A stretch of 64,000 nucleotides of DNA from Tubulanus polymorphus (GCF_964204645.1 NC_134030.1:22838210-22902209), one strand, 5' to 3'. Positions 13,301 through 27,295 are shown, counted from the first letter of the stretch. Numbers and translations: made by a program. The notes: generated by a model from the letters alone, not told the origin.

Positions 13301-16300
13301 AGTATCTACACTCAGTTAATTCACCATCCAGTTCCACAGTTCTAAATCCAGTTCCACAGTTCTGTATCCAGTTCCACAGTTCTGAACTCAGTTCCACAGT
13401 TCTGTATCCAGTTCCACAGTTCTGGACTCAGTTCCACAGTTCTGTATCCAGTTCCACAGTTCTGGACTCAGTTCCACAGTTCTGAACTCAGTTCCACAGT
13501 TCTTGACCTAGTTCCACAGTTTCTGGACCCAGTTCCACAGTTCTGGACTCAGTTCTACAGTTCTGAACCCAGTTCTACAGTTCTGGATCCAGTTCTCCAG
13601 TTCTGGATCCAGTTCCACAGTGTCTGAACTCAGTCCCACAGTTTTTGGACTCAGTTCAACAGTTCTGGACCCAGTTCCACAGTTCTGGACTCAGTTCCAC
13701 AGTTCTGAACTCAGTTCCACAGTTCTGAACTCAGTTCCACAGTTCTGGACCCAGTTCCACAGTGTCTGAACTCAGTTCCACAGTTACTGGACTCAAGAAA
13801 TGGAGGGTGTCCTCATTGTCTGAATATCTTGTATTGTTGTATTACAGTGAACCGATCCTAGCGACCGTCGCTCAAGAGGAACTCAACACTGGCTCAAAAT
13901 CATCGAAGGAAATCGGTCACCATGGTGATCTGACGCAGGTAATGACAACAATACCCGCTCTTCGATCAGCGCAACAATTAAACCTGTTTCATACCAGTTG
14001 TTATTGGTTACTGTTTTAGGCGGAGAAACATCATTCGGTGTTAATTGATTTGTTGTGTTCAGAGGCAGACGTCAAACCGGAACAAATTATTGATTTTGAA
14101 TTGATGCTGGCGGATACACAACCAGCGGTAAATACTCTCCTTAAAAATACTACTTTAAAACTGCTTAACAGAAATTACTTTTAAAAGTACCTGAAACTTC
14201 TTTAATTTAAGCGAAAAAGTCCAAAACTTCTTTGAAACTCTTTTAGTTTTGAGGAAAAGGCAATTAACAACTTTTTTATGTCCAGTAAACTGCGCCTAAA
14301 TCGATATACAGTTCGTTTCTAATTTTACAGGTCACCGGTGGAATTTTCGACGAGTTTATTTTCTCACCGAGATTGGATAATTTAGTGAACGCTTTCTGCG
14401 CGACCGAGGTAAAATCAGCGGCCATCTTGAATTAATTAAAACGCCGTTCATTATTCCGCGATACCTGTGGAACTTGTTCTATCCGTTGATCCATAATTCA
14501 TAATACTAGAATCTTTCTTTAGCGGAATTTCGCTATTTTATTTCACTTTCTATAATTTTGGACTCGATCTTTAGGAATTCTATAAACGACTGTCTTGATT
14601 TTACATAATTTTACTGCTGTTCTAACTATGGAGACCGAGTAGTTGTCGAATAAACACTATAATCAGTGTATACTGTAGATAAATGAAAAAATCCCACACT
14701 TCGAATTAAATTATAGGAAATAATTTATTATTTTGAAACCACAACGTTTCGGCTGTTGACTAACAGCCATCATCAGGTGGAAGCCATCATCATTCCACCT
14801 GATTCCACCTGATGATGGCTTCCAGCTGATGATGGCTGTTAGTCAACAGCCGAAATGTTGTGGTTTCAAAATAATAAATTATTTCCTATAATTTAATTCG
14901 AAGTGTGGGATTTCTTCATTTATGGAGACAGAGTGTCTGTGTTTTTTTTTCAGGGTAATTTCAAAATAGTTTCGGGAGACTTAGACTTCATTCCTAGGAT
15001 ATAGATTTCTCTGCTGTCAGAGAATGCTTATATGTCACTGTACTTAAAAGACTTTATCTTCTAATCACTTTTAATCAGGACCGATGTTTGGTGTTTGTAA
15101 TTTGTAGGCTCTGATCGCGTCGTGCAGCGATGTCTCTCGGTCTCTAAGCGCCGACAGTAACGTTCGACTCATCAGTCTATTCGACAATGAAGAGGTCGGT
15201 TCTCAGAGCGCTCAGGGCGCCGAGTCGATGATACAGGAACACGTACTACGACGACTGGCCACCGGGGAAAACCCGACGGCGTTCGAGGAAGCTATTCCGA
15301 AATCGTTAATGATCAGCGCTGATCAGGCTCACGCCGTTCATCCTAATTACTCGTTAGTATCCACTCCCTACAACTCCTTTATAATAACTCCTTCTTAATG
15401 AAAAAAAACTTTTAAATGTTTTTGAAACTCCTTTCATTTGAATAGAATGCCCAAAAATGCTTTTGAACTCCTTCAATTTTGAAAACAGGCAATTTGAAAT
15501 CTAGATTTTCCCGAATTTTAGTCAAATTATTTAGTTTTTTTCGAATAATTTGATAATGTGTTTTTTGTTTCCAGTTCGAAACACGAAGATAATCACAAAC
15601 CAGCTTTACACAAGGTGTTTATTTCAATCATAATATTTCTATTTCTTCAGTGATTCATAGAAAATCAGAAATCATAAAATGGTTCGTTCTCTGTTTGCTT
15701 TTTAGGGGATTGTGGTTAAGATTAACGCCAACCAACGCTACGCTACGACTTCAATCACAAGCGCCATCTTGAGGCAAATAGCGAAAATAGTAAATGTACC
15801 ATTACAGGTAAATATTTACAGCAGTCCCAACGCTACCGAGTTCCCTGATTCTCAACTCAGTACTTACAGCAGTCTCGGCACACTACTGAGTTCCCTGATT
15901 CTCAATACTACTGAGTTCCCTGATTCTCAACACTACTGAGTTCCCTGATTCTCAACACTACTGAGTTCCCTGATTCTCAATACTACTGAGTTCCCTGATT
16001 CTCAACACTACTGAGTTCCCTGATTCTCAATACTACTGAGTTCCCTGATTCTCAACACTACTGAGTTCCTTGGATCCAGTTCCACAGCTGTGAGTTAGAG
16101 TTAACTTTTGTTAGTTCATTTTCAATGAGTTAACTCAAGAGTCAAATTGTTACACAGAACTGTGGAACTGGACCCTGATTCTCAACACTACTGAGTTTCT
16201 TGGATCCAGTTCAACAGTTGTGAGTTAGAGTTCACTTTTGAGTTAAAGTTAGTTAATTTTCGATGAGTTAACTCCGAGTCAGAACTGTGGAACTGGACCC

Positions 16301-16739
16301 TGATTCTTGAATTCCCTGATTGTCACTTGTAATAATATTTTCAGGATTTTGTAGTGAAGAATGATTCTCCATGTGGTAGTACAATCGGTCCAATAATGTC
16401 AGCTCGTTTAGGCATGGCTACAGTAGATGTCGGAGGTCCTCAATTATCGATGCATTCAATTAGAGAAATGTGCTGCACTTCAAGTATACATCAATCCATT
16501 CAACTGTTTCAAGTAAGAATTTATTTATTCGTCTAAATATACTTTATTCCTGCAGCCTCGACCCTGTACCTCCCTGGGATGTCGTAAATGGTTTAAGGGA
16601 TGGCTCCAAGCCGATGGGTAGGGTGGCTCCAGGCTGCAGATCTCTGATCAGTTTTCATGATAATTTATTTGTGTTATTTTGTATTTTTCAGGGATTCTTT
16701 GAGAATTATCCGACCATCTATAATTCCATGGACTTTTAA
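10348..16739 (+). CDS. DNPEP: Aspartyl aminopeptidase (M18 family), about 13 coding exons
   Basis: Starts [25 protein letters not shown]. Motifs [61 protein letters not shown] and QLSMHSIRE are present. Ends [16 protein letters not shown] probable 5' UTR exon ends near 10172. Confidence 0.97.
10465..11312 (+). mobile_element. 848-bp non-autonomous DNA transposon with 9-bp TSD (Mutator-like)
   Basis: Imperfect 12-bp TIR (tagtcagtaacc / ggtaactaacta), flanked by a perfect GGGGATGGT duplication (10456-10464 and 11313-11321). No transposase ORF. Confidence 0.75.
11864..12292 (+). repeat. 79-nt tandem repeat (gatgatgtcatagggggatttatggagg...) in DNPEP intron
   Basis: About 5.5 copies. The same family occurs at 60672-60985 in an ATP6V1A intron. 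Confidence 0.9.
13328..13795 (-). repeat. 20-nt GAACTGTGGAACTG minisatellite array (reverse orientation)
   Basis: Tandem cagttccacagttctg units. Confidence 0.95.
14641..14920. mobile_element. Penelope-like insertion: long inverted repeat with a hammerhead core in each arm
   Basis: About 110-bp near-perfect inverted arms (14681-14790 and ~14810-14921). Each arm carries CUGAUGA-U-GGCUGUU-AGUC-AACAGCC-GAAA. The insert is flanked by tatggagaccgagt / tatggagacagagt, a 14-bp duplication with 1 mismatch. Confidence 0.7.
15835..16070 (+). repeat. About 25-nt tandem repeat ctactgagttccctgattctcaa(ca/ta), interleaved with two MITE copies
   Basis: Direct observation in a DNPEP intron. Confidence 0.9.
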
Positions 16740-17009
16740 TCAATAACCGCTGAATGAGACAAGAGAGAGAGAGAGAGAGAGAGAGAAAGGAGAGATATCA
16801 TGGATAATCAATCTACACGAATTTGAAGGAGAACTTTGAAAAAGAAAGAAATTTAAAGAAATTTGTAAGGTGCTCGAAATCGATTGAGCGTTTGTCACAA
16901 TGACATGAAACATGATGATAGAATGATTAAAACTCTATTTAAATTCATGTTTTGTGTGATTCAAGTTTTTACAATTGAATTTCACTTTTTGAAGAGGTTT
17001 TCATCGATA

Positions 17010-17226
17010 TCCATGGATAGTTCATCCCAGGTCCTTCCATCCGTGGATAGTCCGTCCGTGGTCCTTCCATCCGTGGATAGTCCGTCCGTGGTCCTTCCAT
17101 CCGTGGATAGTCCGTCTGTGGTCCTTCCATCCCTGGATAGTCCATATCCATGGATAGTCCGTCCATGGTCCTTCCATCTGTCAATAGTCCGTCCCAGGTC
17201 CTTCCATCCGTCAATAGTCCTTCCAT
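17010..17226 (+). repeat. 30-nt tandem repeat gtccttccatccgtggatagtccgtccgtg
   Basis: About 7 degenerate copies downstream of the DNPEP stop codon. Confidence 0.9.
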
Positions 17227-18797
17227 TCAATGGCAGGGGCCCAAAGCTACCAAAAAATCCATTGGTGCAACATATTTTCCGGAAATGTAATGTCAAAGGC
17301 CTGCATAACAAAATGTGCACCAAAGGCGCGTGTCTTGAAGGGGTTTTTAGGCCCTCCAAAAGTTTTGAAGATTTAAATGTCTTAAGATGCATGAAGGCCA
17401 CAAGAACTCATGTCTGAATAATTTTTGTTAGCAAATGACCCGAAAGTTTTGGTCAATGGACAATTCACTTCATTGTTGTGTTAATGATCAGGTTGTTGAG
17501 TTACTGTTCTAACTCCTTCTAGGCTATGAGCGGTAAAGGATCCAATCAGTAGATTGATATCCTGCAGTAAAACAGGAAAAACAATCAATAAGAAAACAAC
17601 TAATTTACTTTCATTTTTGTAGCATTTGTATATATATATATTTATAGGTTATTAAATTTATCCCTTTTTCGATAGGTTAAATATTACATTTTATTTAATT
17701 TTTAATATCATAATTATCGATAACATCACATACATCACATGCGATATATAAATTCTGATCTGAATAAAACGGCAACGAAAAAAGAAAAATTAATTGAAGG
17801 CCTTCTAATAACTTAAACTAAATACGGCTAGCAGGCAGCTTACTACAAAATTTAACAAAATAATGAATTAAAACACTTAAGAATAGAATAATTTTTTCTT
17901 TTTGGGTGCAGGATATTTTACTGAGAATTTACAACATATTTAAAACGATTTACAGTACAAGATGGCTGCAAGGCAGTCATATTGGATTTTCAATGTATAT
18001 GTTAATATAACTGCAGAAAGTATATCCCTTAGGAACTTTCCAGTGAGACCCACACACACTGGTGGCCATATTGGATTTACAAATTCTCATGTGGCATTTC
18101 GCAAAATCAAAAAGGAATTCAAAATAATTCTTTTGACATCACAGAAATTAGATAAGAAAATTAAGCTTTTTTTTCTAAGAGACAATTATTGAAAAATCGA
18201 AAAACAAAATGAATTCCAAAAAAAAAATATCTGAACTCGATATAAATTTGGTGTTTTAGACTCTGAAGCCTCAAATCTAGCTCCGTGAAAAAGAACCCAG
18301 TTCCTCAGTTGTAGACCTGGTTCCACAGTTCTAGGGACCCAGTTCAGGACAGAGTCTTTAAACTTAAACAATCATAACAGAAATTGCACTTAAAACCCAT
18401 AAAACAAAAACAACACTTTACTTAACTTTATACTTAACAATTTGACACAATGATATCTGGACACACATACAGCAGGCACATACACTTAACATACATCACA
18501 TACCGTACGTTATTATCAGTATCTAATAATCGAAAGACGCAGAAAAAAATTCATTTTCAATTTTTTCATTTCATTCACAGCAGAATTTTTTGTCTGAAGC
18601 ACCATATTCTAGGTTAATTTACATACAATGAACATAAATTATGTTAATTAGGCTCGACTGTTGGCCCGTTAATTTTACAATATATGCTACACGTAGTTAA
18701 GTTAAACACATGATTCTTGCTTGAAAATTACTTCAACAAAATACATGTTTTGTAGTGAATCTAGTAATTCAAAATTAACCAAATTTTTGCCCCCTTG

Positions 18798-19056
18798 CAG
18801 GGTCTGATCTAAGGAATGAAAGCCACTTGCCCGGGGGTGAAGCATATCTGAAATTTCGCTTGCCCCCCTCAAAAAGCAACTTGCCCTACACTGGCAGTCC
18901 GATTGGTGGCGCTATCATCCGTTGTATTGATTGGGAAATAAGCTTTGAGACAGAAAATTGCACTGGCCCGGGGGACAAGTGATAATGATAACCTACTTGC
19001 CCTGATGAGAATATACTTGTCCCGGGCAATCAGACAAGTGCTTAGATCGCACCCTG
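18798..19056. mobile_element. MITE with TIR CAGGGTCTGATCTAAG / CTTAGATCGCACCCTG
   Basis: Imperfect 16-bp TIRs, internal cttgccc repeats, and CCTTG on both flanks. Confidence 0.55.
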
Positions 19057-19739
19057 CCTTGAAAGAAACTCTTCAAAAGGATTCAAAGCTAAACGATTAT
19101 CTGATTGGTTACTTCAATCTCTATGAATCCACCTATGACATCATAAACAATTGTCTACTGGTCATTTCATCAAGAAACTAACGTAAGGAAGTGGATTAGA
19201 AATGTGGATATTTTGCTAAAAGCAAGTGATGTACAAAAAAGCCATTCTCTACTTGAGATTCAAAACAATAACGGTAACAATGATAATCATCAATAGAAAT
19301 ATGGGATCCCCTAAAACTAAAATAACGATCATTAGAGATGTGGGATCTCCAAAAATAATGATCACTAGAATACATGGGATCTACCCCTGGCATCTAAAAC
19401 ATTTTGGAACTGATCTCCAAATCAACATTTTACTTCTAAACTTAATAAATTTCAAATGGATTCGCAATAATTCGAAAAATACAAATACATGTAGTTCTTG
19501 TACTACACTATTACAGCAACTATACTTCACATGTAATAAATATACATGTGCATGTTCTAAACATGTACATGTATGAAATAAAACACATGTACATGTTTTA
19601 GATACACATGTGCATGTTCTAAACATGTACATGTATGAAATAAAACACTTATACATGTTTTAGATACACATTTGTGCATGTTCGTAATTTCAACATATTG
19701 AAGGTAATCACAAGTTAACAAAGCAATTCCAAAGTTCCG

Positions 19740-20030
19740 TTCATCGCCACTAGATGTCTCACAAACCTCTCGAGTGTAAAAAAATTTCATCCAATGCTAC
19801 TAGGTCTCGCAATCCATAGTTAATTCTATTCAACACCACTAGAGGTCTCACAAACTATAGTTAGTTTCATTCAATGCCACTAGAGGTCTCGCAACCAGTT
19901 AGTTCTATTCCACGCCACTAGAGGTCTCACAACCAGTTAGTTCTATTCCGTGCCACTAGAGGTCTCCTGAACCAGTTAGTTCAACTCCACGCCACTAGAG
20001 GTCTCGCGAACCAGTAAGTTCCATTCAACT
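19740..20030 (+). repeat. About 41-nt repeat containing GCCACTAGAGGTCTC
   Basis: About 7 copies in the putative FBXL20 3' UTR. The core resembles a CTCF motif. Confidence 0.8.
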
Positions 20031-20367
20031 CCACAACTTTAATTTTTTTCTGTAGTTTTTTTTGGGTTATTTATGAAATAATGTACGTTTTGTGTTTCAT
20101 TGTCGTCATACAAATGTAATACGAGGATGGAGATGAGTTAATGTCAATACGAAACGTCCGCAATCAGAGTAAAACTGAAATAAACAAAAAAACACTCTGT
20201 TTATTTCATGTCTCCCAACACGCCAACCCCAGCGCGCCATTACCCCAGCACACTGACCCCAGCACGCCAACACCACAATGCCACTCTCACCACGCCAACC
20301 TCACCACACCAATCCCAGAACACAACCCCAGTCGCCCTCTGATTCAGATACTTACCAGAAATGTGTG

Positions 20368-23300
20368 TCATATGATGATGCAACAGCGACAATATCGCTG
20401 TCTACCGCCGCCAACAGAGGGCGGCGGTGTTACTGGCGCGAAGTAGGCGTGGATTTTAACATCGGGCAAATGATTCTAAAAAATAGAAATAAAATACATC
20501 ATAATTAGACTGAATTATCAAAAATATACATGTACATATGTATAATTCACATGTACATGTTAGTCACATACATGTACACGTAAATAATACACATGAACAT
20601 GTAAGCCACACACATGTACATGTGCTATACATGTACATGTATATCATACACATGTACATGTAAATAATACACAAGAACATGTAAGTCACACACATGTACA
20701 TGTATGTGATTCACATGCACATGTATGTGATATACATGTACATGCAAGCCAGACACATGTACATGTAAGTCATACACATGTACATGTAAGTCACTGATTG
20801 ATTGACATACCCGTAACCGTCTGATTCCAGCTCTTGTTATCAGTTGACAGTCGTAGAGTTCGATGCGTTCCAGCTCCTGGCAGCCCATTAGATGTTCTAA
20901 CGACGCATCGGTAATTAACGGACAATTATCTAATTCAAGAACCGTTAACGCATCGGTCGCGCAGTGACTGCTTCCCAGGTGTCGGATTCCTTCATCGGTG
21001 ATCAATTCACAATGTGACAAACTCTGTAACGGTGAGGAGAATATCAGCCCCCTAGAGACTGACTGGAACCCCTTCACACAGCTGGAACCACTGACCCCCC
21101 TCAGTTCAATCTACAGCCTCAGTTCAATCTACAGCCTCAGTTCAATCTACAGCCTCAGTTCAGACTACTATATCACAATTGATACTGAATACTCACCAAT
21201 TTTGATAAAACAGGACAATGAACTGCTAAATGTCCCAAAGTTGTATCAGTAATCTGAAAAACCAGACGGAATTAGTTTCATGAACATTTCCAACACGCTT
21301 TTTATTCTTTGATGTAGATTTTCGAATACTTCTGGGCCCGTTTCCACAGTTGTGAGTTTGAGTTAACTCTGAGTTAAAGTTAGTTCATTTTCAATGAGTT
21401 AACTCATTTAGAGTGAAATCTAGGAACTCAGAAGTGTGGAAGTGGACCCTGGTACGTACTAGAACACATTCCTCCAGATCCATTCTCTCCAGGTTATGAC
21501 AATTCTGTATTGACAAAAATAAAAAACATGGAATTTAACTTGATACCATTACATACCTCCACATACCATCACATACCCCCACATACCATCACAGACCCCT
21601 CCCCCCGCATACCATCACAGACCCCCCCATACCATAACAGACCCCCACATACAATCACAGACCCCCACATACCATAACATGCCCCCTCCCCCCGCATACC
21701 ATCACAGACCCCTCCCCCCGCATACCATCACAGACCCCCCCCCCCCATACCATAACAGACCCCCACATACAATCACAGACCCCCCCACATACCATCACAG
21801 ACCCCTCCCCCCGCATACCATCACAGACCCCCCCCATACCATAACAGACCCCCACATACAATCACAGACCCCCTCATACCATAACATGCCCCCTCCCCCC
21901 GCATACCATCACAGACCCCTCCCCCCGCATACCATCACAGACCCCCCCCCCCATACCATAACAGACCCCCACATACAATCACAGACCCCCCCACATACCA
22001 TAACATGCCCCCCACATACCATCACAGACCCTTCCCCCACATACCATCACAGACCCCCTCCCCCCACATACCATCACATACCCCCACATAACCCCCCATA
22101 CCATCACAGACCCCCCACATACCATCACATACCCCCACATACCATCACATACCCCCACATACCATCGCAGACCCCCACATACCATCACAGACCCCCACAT
22201 ACCATCACAGACCCCCCACAATGTCTTATGCTCGCGTATATTCAAAACCTACCCTCGCTAAAGCTTGAAAACCATTATCAGTCAATTGCGAACAGCTGGC
22301 GACTTCTAACGTTCTGAGGTCGGTACAACCGATACTCAGCGATACGAGGGTCGCGTCGGTGATATGTGGACATCCCGATACGCATAGCGACTGTAAACAA
22401 TGACAACCTTCACATACGTGATGGATAGCTTCATCTGTGATATTCTATAAATACAACCGACACTCGAAAATAAACATCGACGAACAACTCGAAATCAACG
22501 AATATAACAATCTTTAACAGTTGAATAATCGAACTTACAGCGCATGAATGTATGTTCAGGGTTCGTAGATTCTGACAAAACTTCGCTAAATTTGAAATGC
22601 CTTCATCTGTCAACTGAATATATACATTATCACTTACAAACACATGTACATGTAACATGGAGATACATGTAACATGGAGATACATCTCACATGTAGGTAG
22701 TTGCAACATGTAGTTAGATGTTTGGGTAGGTTGTGGTAAGTTGTTTACCTGGGAACAGCCTTTAGCTATTAGAACTTGTAGTTTAGGACAGCCTCGAGAT
22801 AGAGCTTCTATTCCGACATCTGTTATCTGACACCATGATATGTTTATATGATCTAAACTCGGACATCCTTCACTATAAAATATACAAAGTCAAATATTAG
22901 AACAGTGACGTAGCTCACAGGACTGATTCCACAACTGTGGAACTGATTCCAGAACTGTGGAACTGATTCCAGAACTGTGGAACTAGATACAGAACTGTGG
23001 AACTGGATACAGAACTGTGGAACTGGATAAAGAACTGTGGAACTGGATAAAGAACTGTGAAGCTGGGGCCGGAACTATGTCCATAGAAATTCTTACCTTA
23101 CTGGTTTTAAAGATTGACTAGTGACACTTGGACAGGACGACAGGTCGAGGTGCATAAGTTTTCGGCAATGTTTACCTAAACTGTGACAGGTCCTGGAGAA
23201 AAACAATCTATTTATGATTGATGAAGAAAGTGAAATTTCAATCCTGTATTTGAACCAGTGACTTACGCATCTGTAATCTTTTTGCACCCGCTCAAATTTA

Positions 23301-25508
23301 GCGTTTCAATATTCTGACAAGATTGCGCAAAAGTCCTGCAATAGAATTTCGACGAGAAATTAAAATATTTTCAGTCGTTCGAAAAGATATATTCGATCAA
23401 TAGGCAAATTTAATCCGGATTAAACTGATCGAGGGATTCAGATTCAGGATTAAAAGTCATGAAGCTACTGACTTCAGAGCTGCATCAGTGACGCTTTGAC
23501 ATCCGCGAAGACTTAACGACTTCAAAAACCCGCAGCAACGCTTGGATATATTCTCAACTACGAGACCCTGAAAATACATCAAAAATACAACTGACCTTAC
23601 ACGCGATTATTTCTACGCCACAAGGGGGCGACACAATCTAGCAACTAACAGCAGACTGAAACAGGATCCCTACAGATCAGTCATTCCTGGATATAACGAG
23701 TTTTCAAGGAGTTTTTAATGAGAAAATTTCAAAAATCTTGAGGAAGCGTTTGCATCACTTTCAGAACATATATCCTAATAATTATAGACTCCTCCTTAAT
23801 CGGTAGCGTTTATATCAGAAAACTATTAATTCCGTGGTTTTGTCAGCAAATTTTCATCCGATACACGACAACCTTAACTTGGTGTTTATTCGGTAACCGC
23901 ATAATTGGGTAAATAGTTACAGCTGCTAAAATTTGACTGAACTAAAACATTTGAAATGAATGTATAATTTCAACTCCGGAATCTAATAATTCAACCGCGA
24001 CAACTTTGAATCAAGATTCTGATCAATGAACTTTTATTTAGGTGATTAAAAAAGACTTTAATTGATTATCGGAAGTGAAGTTTAAGTTAAGAATGATGAC
24101 AGTTAGTCGTCGTACCTCGACATCGGTTTGAAAATCAAATAAATCAACCCGTTGCCAGTTACTGCCGTCAAGTGCGAGCATATTCCAATACTGAAAATAA
24201 TAATAATACAATCATACGTGGCGTAATTGAAACCATCTTCAGTAATGTGACGACTAATAATCACTTACAGTTAGTAGATTGAATTAGAAATACAAATTGA
24301 GACTCAAAAATAGAAATGACTTCAGTTAAACAGGATCAGATGACAACTAAATAGAACTTGACTGTTTAGATTTATCTGAAATATGCCAAAATTTAGTTTT
24401 TGAGTTCTGACCTTGGCGACCTGAGCACATCTGCATAACGTGACCACGTCTAAGAATGAGAATATTCTGAAATTAGAAATTCATTTTTTCAATTAAGGAA
24501 AATGATGAATTAATGTTAAGCCGCATAGATCGATGAAGAACTACCTGAGTAGTAACTCTTTTGGTAATTTTCTATTGAGAAGTGACTCGTCGTCATAAGG
24601 TGGTCCAGTCAGAGATACCGTAGATATCTGTAATATATAAAACTCAACTCGATTAGACCTGGTACAGATCATCATTACAGGCCCGGATCCAGGGGGGGGG
24701 GGGGGGTGTTTCAGGGGTCGTGACCCCCCCTGCTCAGCTACCAAAAAAACCTTTAAAATTGTTTTCTTGATGGAATGTAATCAAGATAAAGCTTGCGAGA
24801 ACAGTGCTACATGATCGGTACTCTATCTTATGTTTGGCCAGACAATATGCCGTATAGGCCCCCTATCAGAGATTTTAGTCGGTAGTTAAACATCAACATT
24901 CTTTTATGAACCCCTCCTCCTGGAAAAAATCCTCGATCCGCGCCTGCATTAGACTATAGTCTATCATCACAGCCTGCGAATACACTGCAAGCAACCAGCA
25001 GATTTTAAATCTGCTTCAGACAGGAGGGGTTATCATTATGGAGTTACCATCGGAGCTTTGCGGGTGGACCAGGCCGGCGGGATTGATTTATACAGGCCTA
25101 GTTCAACTATTATCAAAATTTAATTGAATACTCCCCCAGGTAAAAGATATAAACAGACCCTAAGGGTGCATATGATTGCATGAAAGTCAAGTGCCCGCCA
25201 TCAGTAGGCTACAGGCACAATCCAGGGCCCGCCGCCCATGTCGCCCTTTGTTGGACGGGGCTTATGATAAAATTCAGCCACTCGGGTGCATTGCCAGAAT
25301 AATACTCAATAGATCAGGGGCCAGTTTCAGCAAATCGGACGCAGAAATATCGAGCTCAGCTCAGCTGATCGCCCAGCATTTCGCTCTAATTGACAATTAA
25401 CAAAAGAAAAATAACCAGAAAACGTCACATTTCATCGAGAATCTGAATATAACAACAAACCTCTGATCGGGTTTTAACATGTCCGTTAAAGTGATTGTGG
25501 TTATTCAT
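20368..25508 (-). CDS. FBXL20: F-box/LRR-repeat protein 20 (FBXL2/FBXL20 family) with C-terminal CaaX
   Basis: MNNHNHFNGHVKTRSE..LNRKLPKELLLRIFSFLDVVTLCRCAQVAKYWNMLALDGSNWQRVDLFDFQTDVE, followed by LRR exons (ITDEGIRHL, LELDNCPLITDASLEHL) and ending VKIHAYFAPVTPPPSVGGGRQRYCRCCIII*. All exons join in frame via GT-AG. It is likely the single ancestor of vertebrate FBXL2 and FBXL20. Confidence 0.93.
21545..22220 (+). repeat. C-rich minisatellite (ccccacataccatcacaga)n in an FBXL20 intron
   Basis: Tandem low-complexity array, the source of the spurious Pro/His-rich ORF 21679-22317. Confidence 0.92.
24678..24946. mobile_element. MITE with CAGGC(C/G)CGGATCC-type termini
   Basis: caggcccggatcc ... 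cgatccgcgcctg. A related element lies at 41982-42518. No convincing TSD. Confidence 0.55.
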
Positions 25509-25639
25509 TGTGTTAACTCGATTCCTGCGCTTCAAAACGCATTTTTCGTCTCGAAAATCATCGAAATTTTGATCGCATTCGAAGCTCTGAGCGGAAATAA
25601 AAACATTGATAGCTGTCAATCATCCGAGCTCGCGTTTGT

Positions 25640-25930
25640 AAACCGGCCCGTGATTGGTCGATCGGGTTTTAACCCACTCGTCGTTGGTTCGTACGAGGAA
25701 GTTCGAATCCGGGTAAAAACGATTCGATCCAAAATCAAATTCCGTGAATAAACATTTGTGGGGATTATTTCAAAGGTTTCGTGTCATTCTATAAGAATTA
25801 ATCAGTTTACGTTCGGTGAAAAGATGTCCTCTGTTCTCGGAGGTCTGGGAATTTTCGACCAATCAGCGCTCGCGTTAGAAATCTGACGTTTCTCTCGCAC
25901 GCTGGTGATGACGTCAGTGTTGTTGTTTAC
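25640..25930 (-). promoter_or_regulatory. FBXL20 promoter region (CCAAT boxes, CRE TGACGTCA at ~25909)
   Basis: CpG-rich stretch upstream of the ATG at 25508 with ATTGG/CCAAT and TGACGTCA. Confidence 0.4.
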
Positions 25931-27295
25931 AAACAAGCGCACTTGCCACAGTCGGCTACCAGTACGGAACGGGTGCCGGACCGGACAAACATGCTCGCTT
26001 CCCTGTGCGCGATTTTATACCCGCTTCCCGCTGTACGTCTCGCGTTCTCTGGCGGTCCATGGGGCAGTGCTTCTTTCTGAACATTCAGAATGTTTTAAAT
26101 ATATAATTTTAGTCCAAAGATCAGGGTTCAATGTAAGGGCAGCGCACTCTTTAGGGGAAGGACGCCACCGGCGCGCAGGCAAAAATGAATGTAGGAAAAA
26201 GGCCGAAGGGAAAATTGGCAAACTTCGACCAAATAGTCAGTATTTGCCTAGTAAGGGGAATCTATTAGAATTGGAGATTCTACTGCCAATGAAGCTTTTA
26301 ATCTATTTTTCAAGAAGCATTTTAATATTGTTTTAACAAATAAAATACATGTAAAAGTAAGCAATTACTAACAGAGACTTGTTGCCTTATCATCACATTA
26401 AAGTAAACTTATCAACCTGTAACCTAAAACCGGGCAAACTAAAGCCGGGGCAGTGTGATAAGATATCATCGTTAATGAAACTATACACGTAATTCAGGAA
26501 TTGATCAATATTAAATCCCAAATAGTGACTAGTCAAAATATCGCTGTGTTTGTGTTAGCCAATGGAGATGGTAGTTCCTTTATTTCTGATTAACTAATCG
26601 TTTTCCTTAGCCACATCTTTTTCCGTTCTCTGGCTTTTCATTGAAATGGGCTTTTCTAGGTCTTCCAGGTTTCCAAAGCCTCACATCTCTGAGCCGTTTC
26701 GCTTTTATTTGTCCACGGTTGATCTATCAGCAGGCTTAATTAGCGTTTTGAATTCAACACGACCGTAATAAATAAATCCTCTTTAAACTGAGATATTGAA
26801 ATGAACGAACGAACGAAATGCGATACTGGAATTAATTTGAAAACAATATTTTGATTCTTGTATTTCGATAATTATATAAAAAGAACCGGCGTGGGGGCGC
26901 CACTGTCGTTTAAAACGTTGAGTCCGCCTGCTAGTGCCGACTAGTGCCGCCCTTTAGGGTCATTTTCGTCCCCTGCAGTGACTCTCCAACATTGAACACC
27001 GACGCTTTGACTCTGAAAATAGAGGAAGTATTTGTAAAAAATCTGCTACATTTGGTTTCGCCCAGTCCTGGCCGTGCGGTTGTCTCCACAGGGATCTCAG
27101 TCACTCTACGATCCTAGTGTAACAACCAGCGCTGCGGTACATCAGACATTAAGGTTCTTGGTGAAACATTTGGCTGCAAACCTACTCCCCATTTTGAGAC
27201 TCTGCCACGTTCCTCCCTTGCAGAGATTTGAACCTGATTACACCGTGAGACTCTACCGCGTCCCTGTCTCGAAAGTGGTTTATAGCTGATGGCAT

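Noticed and set aside
21679-22317. 212-aa Pro/His-rich extensin-like ORF
   Set aside because: Translation of a C-rich minisatellite inside an FBXL20 intron on the opposite strand.
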